Shown: piece after piece, positions 44,653-58,173 of the stretch
How the letters are laid out: each line of letters begins with the position of its first letter
Numbering within the stretch: the stretch's first letter is position 1
Assembly (NCBI GenBank): GCA_951406725.2
Contig: OX597821.1
Location: 15,872,001 to 15,936,000 of the forward strand
Length of the DNA stretch: 64,000 bases
Direction of reading: 5' to 3'
Source of the DNA: Octopus vulgaris
Lineage: Eukaryota
Notes under the pieces: generated by a model
Database searches by the model: none
The model's input: the letters and a program-made list of their open reading frames with translations, nothing else
What the model was told of the DNA's origin: nothing
Program-made: the position numbers and the translations under genes

Positions 44653-47349
44653 CTAGCAGAATTGCCCGGCGTTGCTCGGGGCTGAATTGCTTGAAAGTAC
44701 TGTTAATGATTGCACTGAATTATGATGATTATTCAGGCAAATATTGATATAAGTTTACGGCGAATGAATGTATCTGTAAGTGTATAGAAAGCCGTGTAAA
44801 GGGGTTCCTACCCCCTCGTAGAATGGTGTAAGAATTGAATGCGAGGTTGCCTTAAAAAGAGCCATGTTATTGTTCTCATAATTGTAAGAGTTTGATATTC
44901 GTGGAAGGCGATGTAAAACATTCGCAGGTGAATAGGGCCTCTTCGTTTTGCACGAACGGCAGCGGATGTGCTGTTACAAAACTTCATGCTGTGTTAAAAG
45001 AGAGTGGATTTCCTATGTAGGCAAAAGACAGGCCCAAAAACCTGCCCTTTTTTAATTAAATGAATGAGCTTAGCCAGTTACTGCCTGAAAACCCTTGCAA
45101 TAATATCATGGCGATGACAGTACTGCTGCCCTAGGAGAAGTTCTCGCGTTACCTCAACTCACGTTGGGTTACATGTAAAGGTAATGAATAAATCGGGTCA
45201 CCCATAATGCCGAACGTAAGTCATAGCGTCTTGTGTTCGCTCGTGCATGTACCGTGGGCCCCTTGTATAGGTTGAGGGGAGAATGCACATTTTGCCGATA
45301 TTGCGGGCGTCAGTGTCATTCCTGATGCCATCACGCAAATGGATGTAGGAGTCTGAGCGCAGCTGCTTCTGATTCAGTTTGATGAAGCACAGTCTCTCGG
45401 ACTCCATCTTTGCAGCCATGTCAACTGCAAACTGGTGAAACAGTTCCCGTGATCTGTGCAGGGGATTGAAATCATTATGCCTTGTCATGAAGCGGTATGA
45501 GTAAAATGCCATACATGAAACGGTTTTAGATGTCGCAGCCGATGGCTCGTTTGGTTTGTGGTGAGGAATGCAGAAATGGTACCCGCCTTCTCCATACGGA
45601 AAAAGAAGGGGATACTGCAGGGCGTCATATGACCGATGCGTCTCATTAATACGCTGAAGACCACTGTCGCAGCTTTGAAGAACTATGTCTCGCTGCTTGT
45701 GCTGTTCACCATGGAGAACTATGGCCACTTCATTGCACGAAGGAGCGTTATATCGGCGCGCGTGCTCCCCAGAAGGCTTTTTGTCAGCATCGATGACAAT
45801 GGTGAATGTTGGTGAAGGGGCTGTTTCCAAGGCGTATTTGAAACTGCGAATATAGCTGTTGTGGTCATGAAGCATGTTTTGCAGAGTGAGCAGCACGTCC
45901 CTGTCGAAATTGTCAGCGTCAGTGTTTGCAGGTTGTGGAATTACGTCGAAACGCAAAACAAGTTGCCTATTGTAATTTGTAATGAAATACATTTGAAGGA
46001 ACGAAAGTTTGCAATTTTGTAGTGGCTGGAGTGACCCAATAAGGTGGTACACCTGGCCCTGGACCTTGAAAGTAGGCATCCAACCAGTTTCTCTGACAAC
46101 GTTAGCCCGAAAGAAGTCATCTGAAATGCACAATTGTACTTCCTGATGAGTTGAAGGAATTTTGATGACCTTGAGGTGGAACCAGTAAGTAATTCCTTCA
46201 AAGGGTCTGGCAGCTCCCGAAGAGGGGGCAAGCTGACCTTACCGTTTAAGCAGCACATCGCAGGTGGTTCCCCAGCCCACTTTTTAGCATTGCAGAATTG
46301 GCAATTGAAGCACATTTCCCCAATATTTATGTCAGCGTGCATCGAGTAATTGAAGTTGGGCTCATACTTGAAAGCACGTAGATGCCAGTAAGAGCTGTTT
46401 GGACTCGTCAGACCGCGGCGTCGACTGTTGCGCTTGAATGTAGAACGTTGCTGGTCTGAGTCGTGGGAATGTGTCGAAAATGTTGAAGCAGCAGTAGCCG
46501 CAGCGTTTGTAGCCAGTCGAGTGGCCCTTTGTTGTGGGTCCTCTGAAGCCCTTTGTGCAGCAACAGCAGAGGCCTTTATGGCGCTGCGCTTCGACCTTGT
46601 TTCCGGACCGTCTGAAGCCGTGTAAGCAGCATCGTATGAAGCCATTTTTGCTAGGCGTGCGTTGTGCTGTTGTAAATTTTCAGCAGCTCGTGATTGCGCT
46701 GAACGTAAGGCGCTCTGTGAAAGTCTGAAAGCCTTTTTGTCGGAAGACTCGTTTGCGATAATCGCCTTTTGCGCCGCTGCTGCTGCAGTATGACGGCCGA
46801 GGCGACTTCTCTTTTTCGGTGGCATTTTATGTGAAAAAGAAAGGGTGAAAGTTACTTAAAGATAGAAATTGTAATGTGAATGAAATGTGGAAAAATGTAA
46901 ACCGTGGAAGGAAAAGAAAGAAATATTAGCAGCTGAAAGAAATTTTTTATGCAAGTATAGCGACAGAGTGTGTAAAATGTATTGAAATTTGAGTTAAAAG
47001 CAAGAAAATAAAGTTAGATTTGCAAGAATGGAAGTAGCTTACGTACATGTTCGAAATGTGAAGTGTTTTAGTTGTTTAATCAAATATTTGCGTAAAGTGT
47101 ATTGAAACGTAACTTGAAAAAGAAAATGAATTGACATTTTTAAGAAAGGAATTTGTTTACATACATGTGTCAAATGGCAAATGTTTGTGCAGTTGTCCGA
47201 AATGGAACCAGGGTAAATGTGTGGAACTGATGTGTTATAATGAATAGTCCTTCTTGAACTAAAAACCAGTGGTGTAGCATATAAGACCATAGGAGATCTT
47301 CTAGCAAAAAGGAATGACCAGTCTGAATGGCTCATCCCTGTCACACACA

Positions 47350-47384
<35 letters not shown>

Positions 47385-48051
47385 GCACACACACACACGT
47401 TAGCTTACAATTTCTTTCAACAATTGACACTGTCGTATATATTTGCGTGTCTATGTGTGTAAAGAGGAAGTGGGAGTAATAGGCAGAGTAAAGTCTTTGA
47501 AGTGAAAGAGTGAAATGGTAAAATATTGAGTTTTGTCGAATTTTTTCTTAAATGGGGGTCAAATTGAATGAAATTTTTTATGGCATGACTGAATGAAAGT
47601 ACTTGGAAAAATCATAGGTAAACTATAATTGAAGAAATTGTGTGAGGAGTAAATCGTTATGTATTTATTTGTTTCTGTTTGCTGTTTTTTTTTTGAGTAG
47701 TGGTTTAAGGTACACTTGCAAAGAGAAAGTAGGAGAAATTAGGGTGATAGCATGAGTGAAGCAGTTCATCCCTGTTATATAAAAAGTTTCACTTTAATTG
47801 TTGCACAATTGCAAAGAGAAAGTAGCAGAAAGTGTGGTGGTAATGGTAGGAGTGAAGCAGTTAAAATGAAAGAGGGAAATCTAAAAATATTGAGTTTTCT
47901 CGAATTGGAAAAACTGTACCTGCCACGACCCGATGGATTCTACTCGTAAAAATGATAGGTAAATTCTAATTGAAGAAATTCTATATTGTAGATTTGTATA
48001 AAAAACAAATGGTTTGGGAGGCAGATAAAATCTGCTTTTTATAATAAGAGA
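44653..48051 (-). mobile_element. Non-autonomous (internally deleted) Helitron, both termini intact
   Basis: On the minus strand it starts A|TCTCTTATTAT (48051) and ends with hairpin cccgagcaacgccggg (44680-44665) then CTAG|T (44656-44653): canonical insertion between A and T, no TSD. Carries a Rep N-terminal coding remnant. Confidence 0.92.
45020..46825 (-). pseudogene. Helitron RepHel N-terminal half (basic N-terminus, STPR-like repeats, Cys cluster, start of Rep), truncated
   Basis: MPPKKR; CQFCNAKKWAGEPPAMCCLNGKV; IRKYNCAFQMTSFG; frameshift ~46105; PTFKVQGQVYH; YNAPSCNEVA; YDALQYPLLFPYGE; ILPSTYT.GPRYM; YG*PDLFITFTCNP (Rep motif 1). Homology stops at ~45020; HUH/tyrosine motifs and the helicase are absent. 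Confidence 0.9.
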
Positions 48052-48228
48052 TATACAGTTTTCCCTTTTCTAATTAAAATTAAAAAGGGTACATTTATAC
48101 AGATATTTTACAGTTGTCCGAAGACTTAGAGTGGGGTGGGGGATATTTATCAAGTATGAGATTCTATTCGTAGTTGTTTTGATATTTTAGTATTAAAAAT
48201 ATATCCATGTGCAAAATTGCAGCCATAT

Positions 48229-48340
48229 GTGAGATGGTAGAATCGTTAGCACGTCGAACAAAATGCTTAGCAACATTTCGTCTATCTTTACATTCTGAGT
48301 TCAAATTCCGTCAAGGCTAACTTCGCCTTTCATCCCTTCG
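48229..48340 (+). mobile_element. SINE family B 5' fragment
   Basis: gtgagatggtagaatcgttagcacgtcgaacaaaatgcttagcaacatttcgtc...ttctgagttcaaattccg...gcctttcatcc. Confidence 0.8.
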
Positions 48341-49201
48341 TTTGACGATATTTTCCACAATATTTATTTTGCTCTATCTAACAACACATTCCGAACATTT
48401 GAATCAGGAATGAGATTATTTTAGCTCCAATGTATAAGATAATAGACCCGGGCCCAATAAATTAAAGCTAATATTACATATGTTCTTGGTGTCGTAGTTA
48501 AAGTTTAGTATTTAGTAACCTTTCCTGCCTTAATGTTACTACTTGTTTTCCAAGTTCATTTGTAGCAATAGTCTGAAGCATTATTAATAATGATACCACT
48601 GGTAAAACGAATAATAGAATTGTAAAGTGTGGCGAGAAAGCTATTGGCAGAAAAGTATCTCAGAGGTAGAATTTAATTCTAAAATCTTCAAAACAGAACG
48701 AAATCTCTTCTCAGAAAATTTTTAAACTAGGAACACAGATATGGTAGAAAAAAGGGAATAACTTTTAAAAGACAATTTCCTTTTCGTTTCAGCATTTCCC
48801 AATTTGGCAAACTTTAATTAAAGTAGAAAATGGATTCCTGGTTGTATAATTTAGAACTCTACCTTAATTGCCTAATAAGTGCATTGTCGTCAGGTTCCTC
48901 ATCTGTAAATATTGACGAAGTAATATATAGTATATAATCACCCGGTATACATACATGTTTGTGTCTATGTATATATGCATATTCTTGTAATTGTGAGTTT
49001 GCGGTTTTCTTGTATATGAGATACTTTCGTAACAATTGCAAAATGAAATATGAAAATATTCAGTATACATGTAAAAATTTATGGAATGTAAAAACGAAAT
49101 AAGAAATAAGAATAAATGTAACAGATAGCCAGAACTAAGGAAGATAATAATTTCAAAACTTGGTAAAATAACGAAAATGAGATGCAAAGAAAATGAGTAA
49201 T

Positions 49202-49204
<3 letters not shown>

Positions 49205-49280
<76 letters not shown>
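49205..49280. repeat. (TA)n(GA)n microsatellite
   Basis: Directly visible. Confidence 0.95.
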
Positions 49281-49282
<2 letters not shown>

Positions 49283-51215
49283 GAAAACCACGGACATACA
49301 ATGTAGCTAAACCTCAACACGTTTCATTCATTATTATGAAATTTTATGTAGAATGTTCTATGGCTCTCACACACTTATCCTAGCGGTGCAATCTGTTCAA
49401 TATATTAAGTAGAACTGAATATAGCAAACCTCTGACAGTATACTATGTACTTATCTGTCCACTAGGAATAGGATAGCTTGAATTTGTTTGTGAAACAAAG
49501 GTGAAATTGTTTAAGTGAGGGAGGTTAGTTCTCCCCCAGTAAATCCTATCCAGTGACTGAAATAAGATAAACAAACTTTTCCTGACTTGGGTGCTTAAAC
49601 ATGCATTGCCATCACTTATCAATGACATATACGTTTGCATTGCCTAAATGTCTGGTACTCGGTTACTGTTATGAATGTACACACAAACTTAAGCGTATAT
49701 TTGTATATAAAATGTGGTCGGGCGTGGACTACGTTTATTTCATATCTTTATTTATATATGGTTGCCGATGTGAGACGTACCACATATAACTAAATTTTGA
49801 ATAATGAAGCATGGTGTCAATTAACGGAATTATAAATTGCTATTTTCAGGAAGAAATTTGCCAAAGCCATGCACATATTGGCTAGTTTCCACAAAATGAA
49901 GAATTTGTGTTCAAAATAAATCTTTACAAACCTAAGTGCACTTCATTGCTAGAGATAATATTTTCACGTTCCATAAACGAAAAGTTTTGTGATAGAAATT
50001 CACTGTAACGTACTCTACGGCTAGAACTTTTTCATTAGCATAATCACTACATCAGAATGAAGATAACTGGCTAACAAACAGCAAACTCCCTATAGATTGC
50101 AATAGCTATTTCCCTCGCAAACCCATGAATTAGGCATTACCGTCGCGGTGCACCAAATATCAAGGTTCTATGACTACGTGACAATAATATCCGACCAGCT
50201 GTAATATATGAAGGGAGTGTCCCTACCCAATCAGCTACTGCGGCTGAGTCATAATTGTACAAAAGTCACCAGATATGATCAATGGGTGTGATGAATTTCT
50301 ATCTGTCTGAAACCGCTCAGCTTCTTTTTTTGTCACTTTCGCTGTGAGTGTGTGAATAGATGGACCTGCTTATATGAACAGAAAGTATTAACAAGCGAAA
50401 ATATATCAAGCTGCACAAACACACTTACAAACACAAGTGCACAGAGATATACATAAACGCCCTTATACATATATATATATATATATATACAGACGAACGT
50501 ACACTCATAAACAGAGAAACACTCATGTATGTACATGCTCTCATATACACAATGCATACGTTTTTACATATATACTTATATATATATATATAACACAGAC
50601 ATACGCACACAGAGATAAAGAGGGAGATGGACTCATAATAACGTCCAATGGAATTGCAAATTCACCATGCTTAAATTATATGATCATTTCACTGGAAGGA
50701 CTGCAATATTAGAAAACAACTATTCCTGTAGTTGATGCAATTGAACTAAATATAATAGCTTCTGATATATTAAGTAAATTCTACTTTTGAAAAGGATAAA
50801 AATTGCGCATAATCGCTACGGGCATCGGATGCTGCGTCTCTTGGATCCTGGACGACTGTGAAAATCATTTCCCATAAGTGACAGATGATAATGGTAATGG
50901 TGACTTCAGCCGAGAAAAATTATTTAAATTTTCTATGGTAAAACATTGGCAATATTCAAAATAAATATTTAAGGGGCTGCTACAAGGAAAACGGCTCGTA
51001 AATTATAGATTTACAATCATCTAAGAAGGGAAGAATGTAAGAATCCCAGTTATTTACTACACATGTCGATAATAACTGCATTTAGACAATTTTGGTTTTA
51101 ATAATTAATCGAAAATTTTCTGAAAAGTAGAAATCTTAATCTCGATGTCCCTACGCATATATCGATATGTGTGTGTCCCTTTCAGTATATAAAAGCGTCT
51201 CAATATATACGTATA

Positions 51216-51624
51216 GGCGCAGGAGTGGCTGTGTGGTAAGTAGCTTGCTAACCAACCACATGGTTCCGGGTTCATTCCCACTGCGTGGCATCTTGGGCAA
51301 GTGACTTCTGCTATAGCCCCGGGCCAACCAATGCCTTGCGAGTGGATTTGGTAGACAGAAACTGAAAGAAGCCTGTCGTATATATGTATGTATATATATA
51401 TGAGTGAGTGTGTGTCTGTGCTTGTCCCCCTAGCATTGCTTGACAACCGATGCTGGTGTGTTTACGTCCCCGTCACTTAGCGGTTCGGCAAAAGAGACCG
51501 ATAGAATAAGTACTGGGCTTACAAATAATAAGTCTCGGGGTCGATTTGCTCGACTAAAGGCGGTGCTCCAGCATGGCCGCAGTCAAAATGACTGAAACAA
51601 ATAAAAGAGTAAAAGAGTAAAAAG
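51216..51624 (+). mobile_element. SINE family A, full-length (tRNA head, CORE-like block, internal microsatellite, LINE-like tail)
   Basis: A box tggctgtgtgg, B box ggttcattcc, gcgtggcatcttgggcaagtg (resembles the CORE-SINE tgaccttgggcaagt block), tail ggcggtgctccagcatggccgcagtcaaaatgactgaaac + (taaaagag)n. Confidence 0.93.
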
Positions 51625-54600
51625 ATATATATATATATATATTTATGATAAGACTGAGTTTGACTTTAATTGTTTATATCCATATATATTTTTATTAATA
51701 ATTCGTATTTTGATTAATGCCATTTTTAGGTACATCACATTTTTCGGAACTTCTCGCTCTTACCTGCTGTACTATATATGAATGAGTACGGTAAATTATA
51801 TTTCCCTCTTATGTATATAAGGGAACAAGTTGCAAGCTTGTTATATTGTGTTATCTACACAAAATTTATTGATAGCAAATTTAAATTAACACACAAATAC
51901 AAAACACTTGAAGCAAACAAAGTGTTATGGATCACTGGAAATAATATGGTAACATTATTCAAATATTTAAAATACGGTGATGGAAATTGCATCTGTCTCA
52001 TATGCTTTGACGTATAAAACAAACAACAACACTACAATCTAAAAATCACACAGAAGATGAGATGAAATTGGAGAAAGTTTTAAACGTTAAGGTATCTTCC
52101 CAACCAAATATGAAAGCAAAAAGGCTAATAAGGAATCATTTCATATGCTGATATACATTCATACGCAAACAGAAAAAACACATGGTAAATATAGCAGGTA
52201 AAGTCATTATCTTTTTAAAAAAACCCATCCCGCATGGGTACCTAGGTATATGTGCAATATGATAATTGCGATAAGAATTATATGTGTTTAAAACCTTGAA
52301 GTGGCTTGTTTGATTATGTATGGAAATATAGCTTGTAAATAGCTTTTGCTTTACTATGTAACAAACTTTTGACGCAGAAAAACATTAACTCTTCTTGATA
52401 TTTCCTCAAGAACACTCAATTTCCTGTGCAATTTTAAGTAGAATTAGAACTCCTATCGCATGATGTTTGAAATAACTGACAAAAGGATATTATTCTAGAA
52501 ATATATTTTAAAACACTTATTACACATATGACCAAAGAAAAAATGTATTCGTATGTACATATTAAAACTGTTACTTTTATCATATTTACTGATTTCATTA
52601 CAATAAATGAAAATATATTAAACATATTCAGAATAAATAATGTATATACATATGTACATAAGAATATATATACCCACATAAACACACCCATACACATTCA
52701 TATATATAAATTATAATACAGATATTGAAAGATGAGAAAGGTATGTGTTTCAGTGGGAGGATTAAAAGACATGTCAAGGAACTTCATTCTGTCCCCGGTT
52801 ATTTCTGCTACCCAGCACAATAGTGCATTATACAATACTCTGTGCAAATATTAGGTGGGGCTCACGAGGCATATAAAAGCCTCACATGGCATTATCAATT
52901 GCCCGTTCCAATGATTATTTCTAGCAATGGATTTGCTCGTATACGAAAAAGCACCCACTATATAAGCTAGTGTATATATATTGTACATATATATTGAATG
53001 TAGGTGACAACATGTATGTACATATGTGTGTGAATGTGTGTGTGTGTGCGCGTGTGTGGGTGTGTATAAGCGTTTGTGCGCGTACACTTATGTTAGTTTG
53101 TGTGTATATGTGTTTGTGTGTGTGTGTGCATACACATGTGTATATGGAGCAGTACATTAAAGGGTTTAATCGAAATATTCTATCAGACGTTTGGCCGAAC
53201 TGCTATGAAAGACAAAATAGTACAATAAAAACAGTGGGTGTTTGAGTTAAAAAGAAAATAATTGTGAAGTGCAATATCATATGCTGTAGGACAGAAATAC
53301 ATACAGATATACACACATTGACAGACAAGCAGAATAATCAGACAATTAGATACATAGCAATTTAGCTATTTTCGTATTCCATAACCACTCAGAATTGAAA
53401 TAAGAATATTGAAAGACTGGTAGATGTTGACGAAATAAAATAGTTGGAAATCTTAGTTTCGTAGAGTTGTGTTATTACATATCAATTAAAATCTTAGGAA
53501 GTTCGATGCAAACTACACACCCTTACAACGTTTCAGGTCTCCCTAAATACACAAAATATACACATGCACTCACATATTTAGCAGAGCATGGTAGTATTCA
53601 TATTACATTTTTTTTTGTTTAAGAAACAAACAACCAAAATATACTGATTTATTCCAAATTTCTGATCCTATATCCAGCCATAAATTTTGAAATTTCCTGA
53701 CTACTGTAATCTTCAGCTTAATGGACCAGCTTTTAAAAGACAGTTTGCTTTAAAATTGCAATGTTTCACGTAGGTTTCAAACTTTTGATATCACATCTTA
53801 CGGGATGATTTAATGTCTATGCAGATATTTTCATATCTTGGAAATTCATGACGCTTATGATATTCAACTAAACTTCGTGTATTCTATCCACGTTGTATAT
53901 CTCTCCTACTTATCCAAGTCTATCCAATCATTCATACATTTGTGTCTTCGCGCCGTTATCAACTGATGCAATCACCTTTCCTTAACTCTGTATCTTTCTT
54001 TTTATTTCTTCAGAATTTTGATCCTGCCTCTTTCACTTTATCTGTCTTCCCCTCTGCTAACAGCTACATTCACTCTTTTATATATTCCAGTATCTTTCTC
54101 AAATCTCATCGTTTATACTTTTCTGCCTCTTTAATTTACATTTGCCGGTCTACCTCTTCAATTGTCTGTCGCTCATCTATTCTCTATCTGCCACGATATC
54201 TCCTCTTTCTATACTGTAAATATCTCTATGTCACTTCATCTCATCTCATCCATTTGCTTTCACAGCTCTTGATCAGTCACACGTAATATGGCGTCAACTT
54301 TTAAAAGCCAGCGTCACTTTCAACGTTTTCATTATCTTTCGTTTCTTTTGAAGATTTTAGTTAAGCTAACTCTTGATGCTTTTCGTGAATGTTAGGAAAC
54401 TGAAGTTACGTCATATAACCCATTAGTGTTTTTCAATGCGAGTTTAAAGGTTTATTAAATGAAGAAATAACGAGTGACATATAAATGTCGTCCATTCTAC
54501 TCGAAGTATGTTTAAAAGTCCATCCATCGATGTTCAAACTTGAATTCTCAATGTTTAAATATTTCTATTGGCACTAAATTATAATCTAAAGCAGTGGTTA

Positions 54601-54699
54601 TTTAACGTCTTTTATTATTTGCAGACTAATTTTGATTTTCGCACATGAATTCAAAGGAAAAATTTCACTTCAATGTATGTATGTATCTATCTATGGATG

Positions 54700-54701
54700 G
54701 A

Positions 54702-54776
<75 letters not shown>

Positions 54777-54791
54777 AAATAATACGATATT

Positions 54792-54849
<58 letters not shown>

Positions 54850-54856
54850 CGATATT

Positions 54857-54887
<31 letters not shown>

Positions 54888-55028
54888 AATAATACGATAT
54901 TTATATATATATATATATATATATATAAATATCGTATTATTTGTTTTATATATATATATATAAATAATATATAAATATGATATTATTTGTTATATATATA
55001 TATAAATGATATATAAATATCGTATTAT
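54700..55028. repeat. (TA)n array with direct and inverted ~22 bp units, containing a perfect palindrome
   Basis: aaacaaataatacgatattta x3, then its reverse complement at 54926-54947 and ~55014-55034. Confidence 0.9.
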
Positions 55029-55314
55029 TTGTTTCAGTCATTTGACGTCGGCCAAGACTTATATTTTGTAAGCTTAGTATATATTCTATCCTGCTCTTGT
55101 TGCCGAACCGCAAGATTACGGGGACGTACACACACCAGCATCGGTTGTCAAGCGATGTTGGGGACGTACACAAACAGACTCAGATGTAAACACACACACA
55201 CACACGCGCGAACAAATGCACACACACACGAACACATACACACATATGTGTGTATATATATATGTGACAGATTTCCTTCAGTTTCCGTCTACCAAATCCA
55301 CTCACAAGGCATTG
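55029..55314 (-). mobile_element. SINE family A, 5'-truncated, internally deleted
   Basis: ttgtttcagtcatttgac...gccgaaccgc...cagcatcggttgtcaagc...ttcagtttccgtctaccaaatccactcacaaggcatt. Confidence 0.88.
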
Positions 55315-55439
55315 TGACTGTATAAGAGTGTTTGGAATATAAGTGGAAAGGAAAGAAGAGAATGAAGGTAGAGTAAAAGAGAATGAGATTGTTACAATGT
55401 ATGTTACAAGAAGAGAGCTATTACTATAAAAAATCTGTT

Positions 55440-56090
55440 GGTAGAAGGCGGGACGTTAGGTGTAAACGGTGTATGATGCCGTAATAAGATGCACCGTTGC
55501 TCCTTGCAAACTGTGGTTGTAGCAGATCCATGACGTAAGGCCATGTGGAACACTGTCAAGTGTTAGGTGGGGTGGTTTATGGAGCTGAAGTGGTGGGCAA
55601 CAGGTGTATTTTTCTGGATGAGGATATCTCGTACATGATAATTAAACCAGTCGGCTAGACGGCGATAAGACCATTCAAAAAGCAAAAACCCAAATACAGT
55701 ACATTTTGGGCAATAAGTGATATTATATGAGATGCATGCAAAGAGTCACGGGTGTGAACAGTGTGTTAGTGGTACCAGTGAGGGAGATGGAGTTGGTGAT
55801 GAAAGGATGTGTTGCACTTGGGTTCTGAAGGTAAGGATCCAGGATGAGTGAGAGTGGAAGAGGGTAAGGAGATACGATCACGCAGGTTTAGGGTTCGTTC
55901 CAAAAATGGGGGAGGTGGTTGGTGAAATCATCGAAGTGGTACGATTGGGTTGGAAAAGTTGGAAGTCTCGTAGAATTGCTAAACGAAGATGTAGGGTAGA
56001 GGGCTGGGAAAATATGATAGAAATTATGCGGTCGAGAAGAGGGTGTGGCCGAAAAGATCAGTCTGGTAGGTACGGGTGAAGGTGACATGA
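55440..56090 (-). mobile_element. Decayed Penelope-like element fragment (linker + GIY-YIG endonuclease region)
   Basis: Minus-strand RRLADWF (55664-55644) and TPVAHHFSSINH (55607-55572), typical of the conserved R and HF motifs after GIY-YIG; upstream NLRD and PFITN remnants. Heavily frameshifted; the GIY/YIG motif itself is not readable. Confidence 0.6.
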
Positions 56091-56134
56091 ACAAGAAAAT
56101 ATGCACACACAGACGCACACACAAACGTGCACGA

Positions 56135-56174
<40 letters not shown>

Positions 56175-56310
56175 GGCAGTTGTGCACTCTCCTGCGTTCA
56201 AAAGCATACTCTATATCTTTGTATTCCTGCCAGTGTCGGTTAGTTAGTTTTTGCCTAAGCAACGAGACGAGAGAGATATAGACAGACAGACAGAATAATA
56301 CGCTGATAGA

Positions 56311-56695
56311 TGGATGGAAGCACTCCGTCGGTTACGACGACGAGGGTTCCGGTTGATCCGAATCAACGGAACAGCCTGCTCATGAAATTAACGTGTAAGT
56401 GGTTGAGCACTCCACAGACACGTGTACCCTTAACGTAGTTCTCGGGGATATTCAGCGTGACACAGAGAGTGACAAGCCCTTTGAAATACAGGTACAAACA
56501 AAAACAGGAAGTAAGAGTGAGAGAAAGTTGTGGTGAAAGAGTACAGCAGGGATCACCACCATCCCTGTCGGAGCGTCGTGGAGCTTTTAGGTGTTTTCGT
56601 TCAATAAACACTCACAACGCCCGGTCTGGGAATCGAAACCGCGATCCTATGACCGAGACTCCACTGCCCTAACCACTGGGCCATTGCGCCTCCAC
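56311..56695 (-). mobile_element. tRNA-derived SINE family C, full-length, with 12 bp TSD
   Basis: Minus-strand head ggaggcgcaatggcccagtggttagggc...ggtttcgattcccagacc (A and B boxes). TSD tacgctgataga at 56299-56310 and 56696-56707. Confidence 0.9.
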
Positions 56696-57086
56696 TACGC
56701 TGATAGAACGACAGACAACATAGTCAAACAAACGAACAGGCAGATAGACCGATATAAACAGGTTGCCAGACAGACGAATAGATAGAGAGATTGTTGGGTA
56801 GATGGTTTAATGGATATATCGAATCAAACAGATAGGTGGATAGAAAGACAAATATATTCATGGATAGACAGATAGATAGATGTATGGGAGAGGGTGAATA
56901 TTTGTACAAGTCTCACTCGTGTATGTATACTTGCGATATGATAAGTGTGTGATATGCTACGAGTTCACGCCAAAAAAGTAATTCCCTCCCCACTAAATGA
57001 TTTCAAAACCTCTGCTGCAGTAAATACAGTTTGTTATTCATTAACATATATACATATAGATTGGTGAGAGTGTGGGTGGGTGGGTG

Positions 57087-57087
<1 letters not shown>

Positions 57088-57167
<80 letters not shown>
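57088..57167. repeat. (TA)n microsatellite abutting a SINE A tail
   Basis: Directly visible. Confidence 0.95.
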
Positions 57168-57168
<1 letters not shown>

Positions 57169-57579
57169 CTCTTTTACTCTTTTACTTGTTTCAGTCATTT
57201 GACTGCGGCCATGCTGGGGCACCGCCTTTAGTCGAGCAAATCGACCCCGGGACTTATTCTTTGTAAGCCCAGTACTTATTCTATCGGTCTCTTTTACCGA
57301 ACCGCTAAGTGAGGGGCACGTAAACACACCAGCATCGGTTGTCAAGCAATGCTAGGGAGACAGACAAAGACAGACACACAAACACACACACACATATATA
57401 TATCTATATATACATATATACGACAGGCTTCTTTCAGTTTCCGTCTACCAAATCCACTCACAAGGCATTGGTACGCCCGGGGCTATAGCAGAAGACACTT
57501 GCCTAAGATGCCACGCAGTGGGACTGAACCCGGAACCATGTGGTTGGTAAGCAAGCACTTACCACACAGCCACTCCTGC
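57168..57579 (-). mobile_element. SINE family A, near full-length
   Basis: Reverse complement of 51216-51624 / 58565-58966; TA runs on both flanks. Confidence 0.93.
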
Positions 57580-57863
57580 TATATATATATGTATGTATGT
57601 ATGGTATATATGAATAAAATAACCAGTTGTTAGTATAGCTATACTTCAGCTAAATCAAGGAATATTGATGATTGTTATTGAACATATACAAAAAAATAAT
57701 CACATTCATACACACATACACACTTATGTGTGTGTGTGTATGCATTTATGTGTGTGTGTGATTGTGTATTCCATAATTTTGCTGAGCTATAGCTATACTA
57801 ACGACTGGTTATTTCATACATGTATACACTTATGTGTGCGTATGCGCGCGCGTGTGTGTGCGT

Positions 57864-57941
<78 letters not shown>
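57864..57941. repeat. (GATA)n microsatellite
   Basis: Directly visible. Confidence 0.95.
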
Positions 57942-58173
57942 GGCTGGTGAGCTGGCAGAACTGTTAGCACGCCGGGCGAAATGCTTAATAGTATTTCGTC
58001 TGCCGTTACGTTCTGAGTTTAAATTCCGCCGAGGTCGACTTTGCCTTTCATCCTTTCGGGGTCGATTAAATTAAGTACCAGGTACGCACTGGGGTCGATG
58101 TAATCGACTTAAGCCTTTTGTCTGTCCTTGTTTGTCCCCTCTGTGTGTAGCCATTTGTTGGCAATAAAGAAAT
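57942..58173 (+). mobile_element. SINE family B, full-length
   Basis: Reverse complement of 33751-33981; tagatagat on both flanks (possible TSD within the GATA array). Confidence 0.92.

Noticed and set aside
50285-50322. tgatga...gaaaccgctcag hammerhead-like string
   Set aside because: Core C3 missing and no helix II pairing.
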